DNA of 64,000 nucleotides from an uncultured Acidobacterium sp. (GTDB lineage Bacteria; Acidobacteriota; Vicinamibacteria; Vicinamibacterales; UBA2999): NCBI GenBank assembly GCA_964513235.1, contig CAZEMI010000124.1, positions 1,596 to 65,595 of the forward strand, read 5' to 3'. Shown piece by piece: positions 63,498 to 64,000 of this stretch (position 1 is its first letter; each line of letters starts with the position of its first letter). The notes under the pieces were generated by a model. It saw only the letters and a program-made list of their open reading frames with translations, ran no database searches and was not told where the DNA came from. The position numbers and the translations under genes were made by a program.

Positions 63498-64000
63498 GTG
63501 CCACGTTTCTCAGCTGCACAGCTCTCATATGCCGCGGAACTAAAGGGTTATCTCGACCGCCAGGCCTCGCTCGAGTTCCTGAAGACGATGGATATCAAGA
63601 TGAGCGTCGGGCACTGGTCGGCCGGGGACTTCTGCGATCGGTTTGCGCCACCGGGATATCACTCGGACGATCCGGGATTCCGCAACGACTTCGAAGGCCA
63701 GTGCCGCCGCACGAAGGCGGCGGGCATCGACGCCATCGAGATCCACCAGAGCGTGTTCGAGAAAACACTGAACGGCGACCTCGATCACGCGCACCTCGAG
63801 CGCGCGCAGAAGGGGTATCTCGCCGAGCTCGGCATGCAGGTCACCGCCTGCAACATCAACACCTGGACCAACCCGAAGTTCCGGCTGGGTGGACCATGCA
63901 ATCCGGACAAGGCCCATCGCAAGGCCGCGCTCGACGAGATCCTGAAGGGCGTCGAGATTTGCCGATTGATGAAGATTCCGGTGCTCAGCGTGTGGCCGGG
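63498..64000 (+). CDS. xylose-isomerase-like TIM-barrel sugar isomerase/epimerase (5' part, runs off window)
   Basis: This + frame is not in the ORF track because it has no stop in the window. GTG at 63498 is preceded by GGAGGA. The translation ...MSVGHWSAGDFCDRFAPPGY...AAGIDAIEIHQ...NINTWTNPKF..GGPCNPD...EICRLMKIPVLSVWP resembles the xylose/rhamnose isomerase-type TIM barrel. Confidence 0.65.
   Translation, partial: MPRFSAAQLSYAAELKGYLDRQASLEFLKTMDIKMSVGHWSAGDFCDRFAPPGYHSDDPGFRNDFEGQCRRTKAAGIDAIEIHQSVFEKTLNGDLDHAHLERAQKGYLAELGMQVTACNINTWTNPKFRLGGPCNPDKAHRKAALDEILKGVEICRLMKIPVLSVWP

Noticed and set aside
63540-63917. 125-aa minus-strand ORF at the right edge.
   Set aside because: The + strand frame over the same bases gives a convincing xylose-isomerase-like TIM-barrel N-terminus with a GGAGGA RBS. 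The minus ORF is its shadow.

Overview
High-GC bacterial chromosomal window. It is probably Acidobacteriota; this is inferred from an ADOP-type duplicated FtsX permease, a CarboxypepD_reg-fused TonB-dependent receptor and many lipoprotein or secreted hypotheticals. Five blocks are visible. (1) 1-3.9 kb is a degenerate accessory islet: a MazF/DUF3018 toxin-antitoxin pair, a frameshifted phosphodiesterase remnant, small secreted or lipoproteins, and a tRNA-3'-end-like fragment. (2) 3.9-8.4 kb is housekeeping: a gluconokinase/6-phosphogluconolactonase fusion, PBP1A, and a CxxCH plus prenyltransferase-like repeat protein. (3) 8.6-36.1 kb is the main feature: a complete extracellular contractile injection system (eCIS, Afp/PVC-like phage-tail-like particle). 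It has two atypical receiver-type regulators upstream and an unusually long sheath. It also encodes a tube, a DUF4255 cap, an AAA+ ATPase, a split spike complex, gp25/J/I-type baseplate proteins and a beta-helix tailspike-like fibre. Embedded in it is a 1115-aa DUF4157(HExxH)/HNH-like/beta-rich candidate payload. No capsid, portal, terminase, integrase or lysis genes are present. (4) 36-48.4 kb holds mixed envelope, stress and metabolic genes: BON, SYLF, MacB-type ATPase, SDR, GT-C-like glycosyltransferase, methyltransferase, YcaQ/AlkZ-like, ADOP permease, class IV aminotransferase, PanE and an SRPBCC-ArsR operon. (5) 48.4-64 kb is a glycan/pentose utilisation block: a TonB receptor, two GH127-type beta-L-arabinofuranosidase-like genes (one frameshifted), a ribose-type ABC importer, mutarotase, an FGGY kinase and a TIM-barrel sugar isomerase. 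A recurring oddity is that several intergenic gaps consist almost entirely of short tandem repeats: a 56-bp hairpin unit x2, (R)TTAAAA x5, a helically phased AATCGGTG array, GGGGCTT x5 with G-quadruplex potential, and a GATC-containing octamer x8. There is also one MITE-like element with 20-bp perfect inverted ends. No rRNA gene, complete tRNA gene or CRISPR array was seen. All functional calls rest on motif recognition by eye in the supplied translations; no database search was run.
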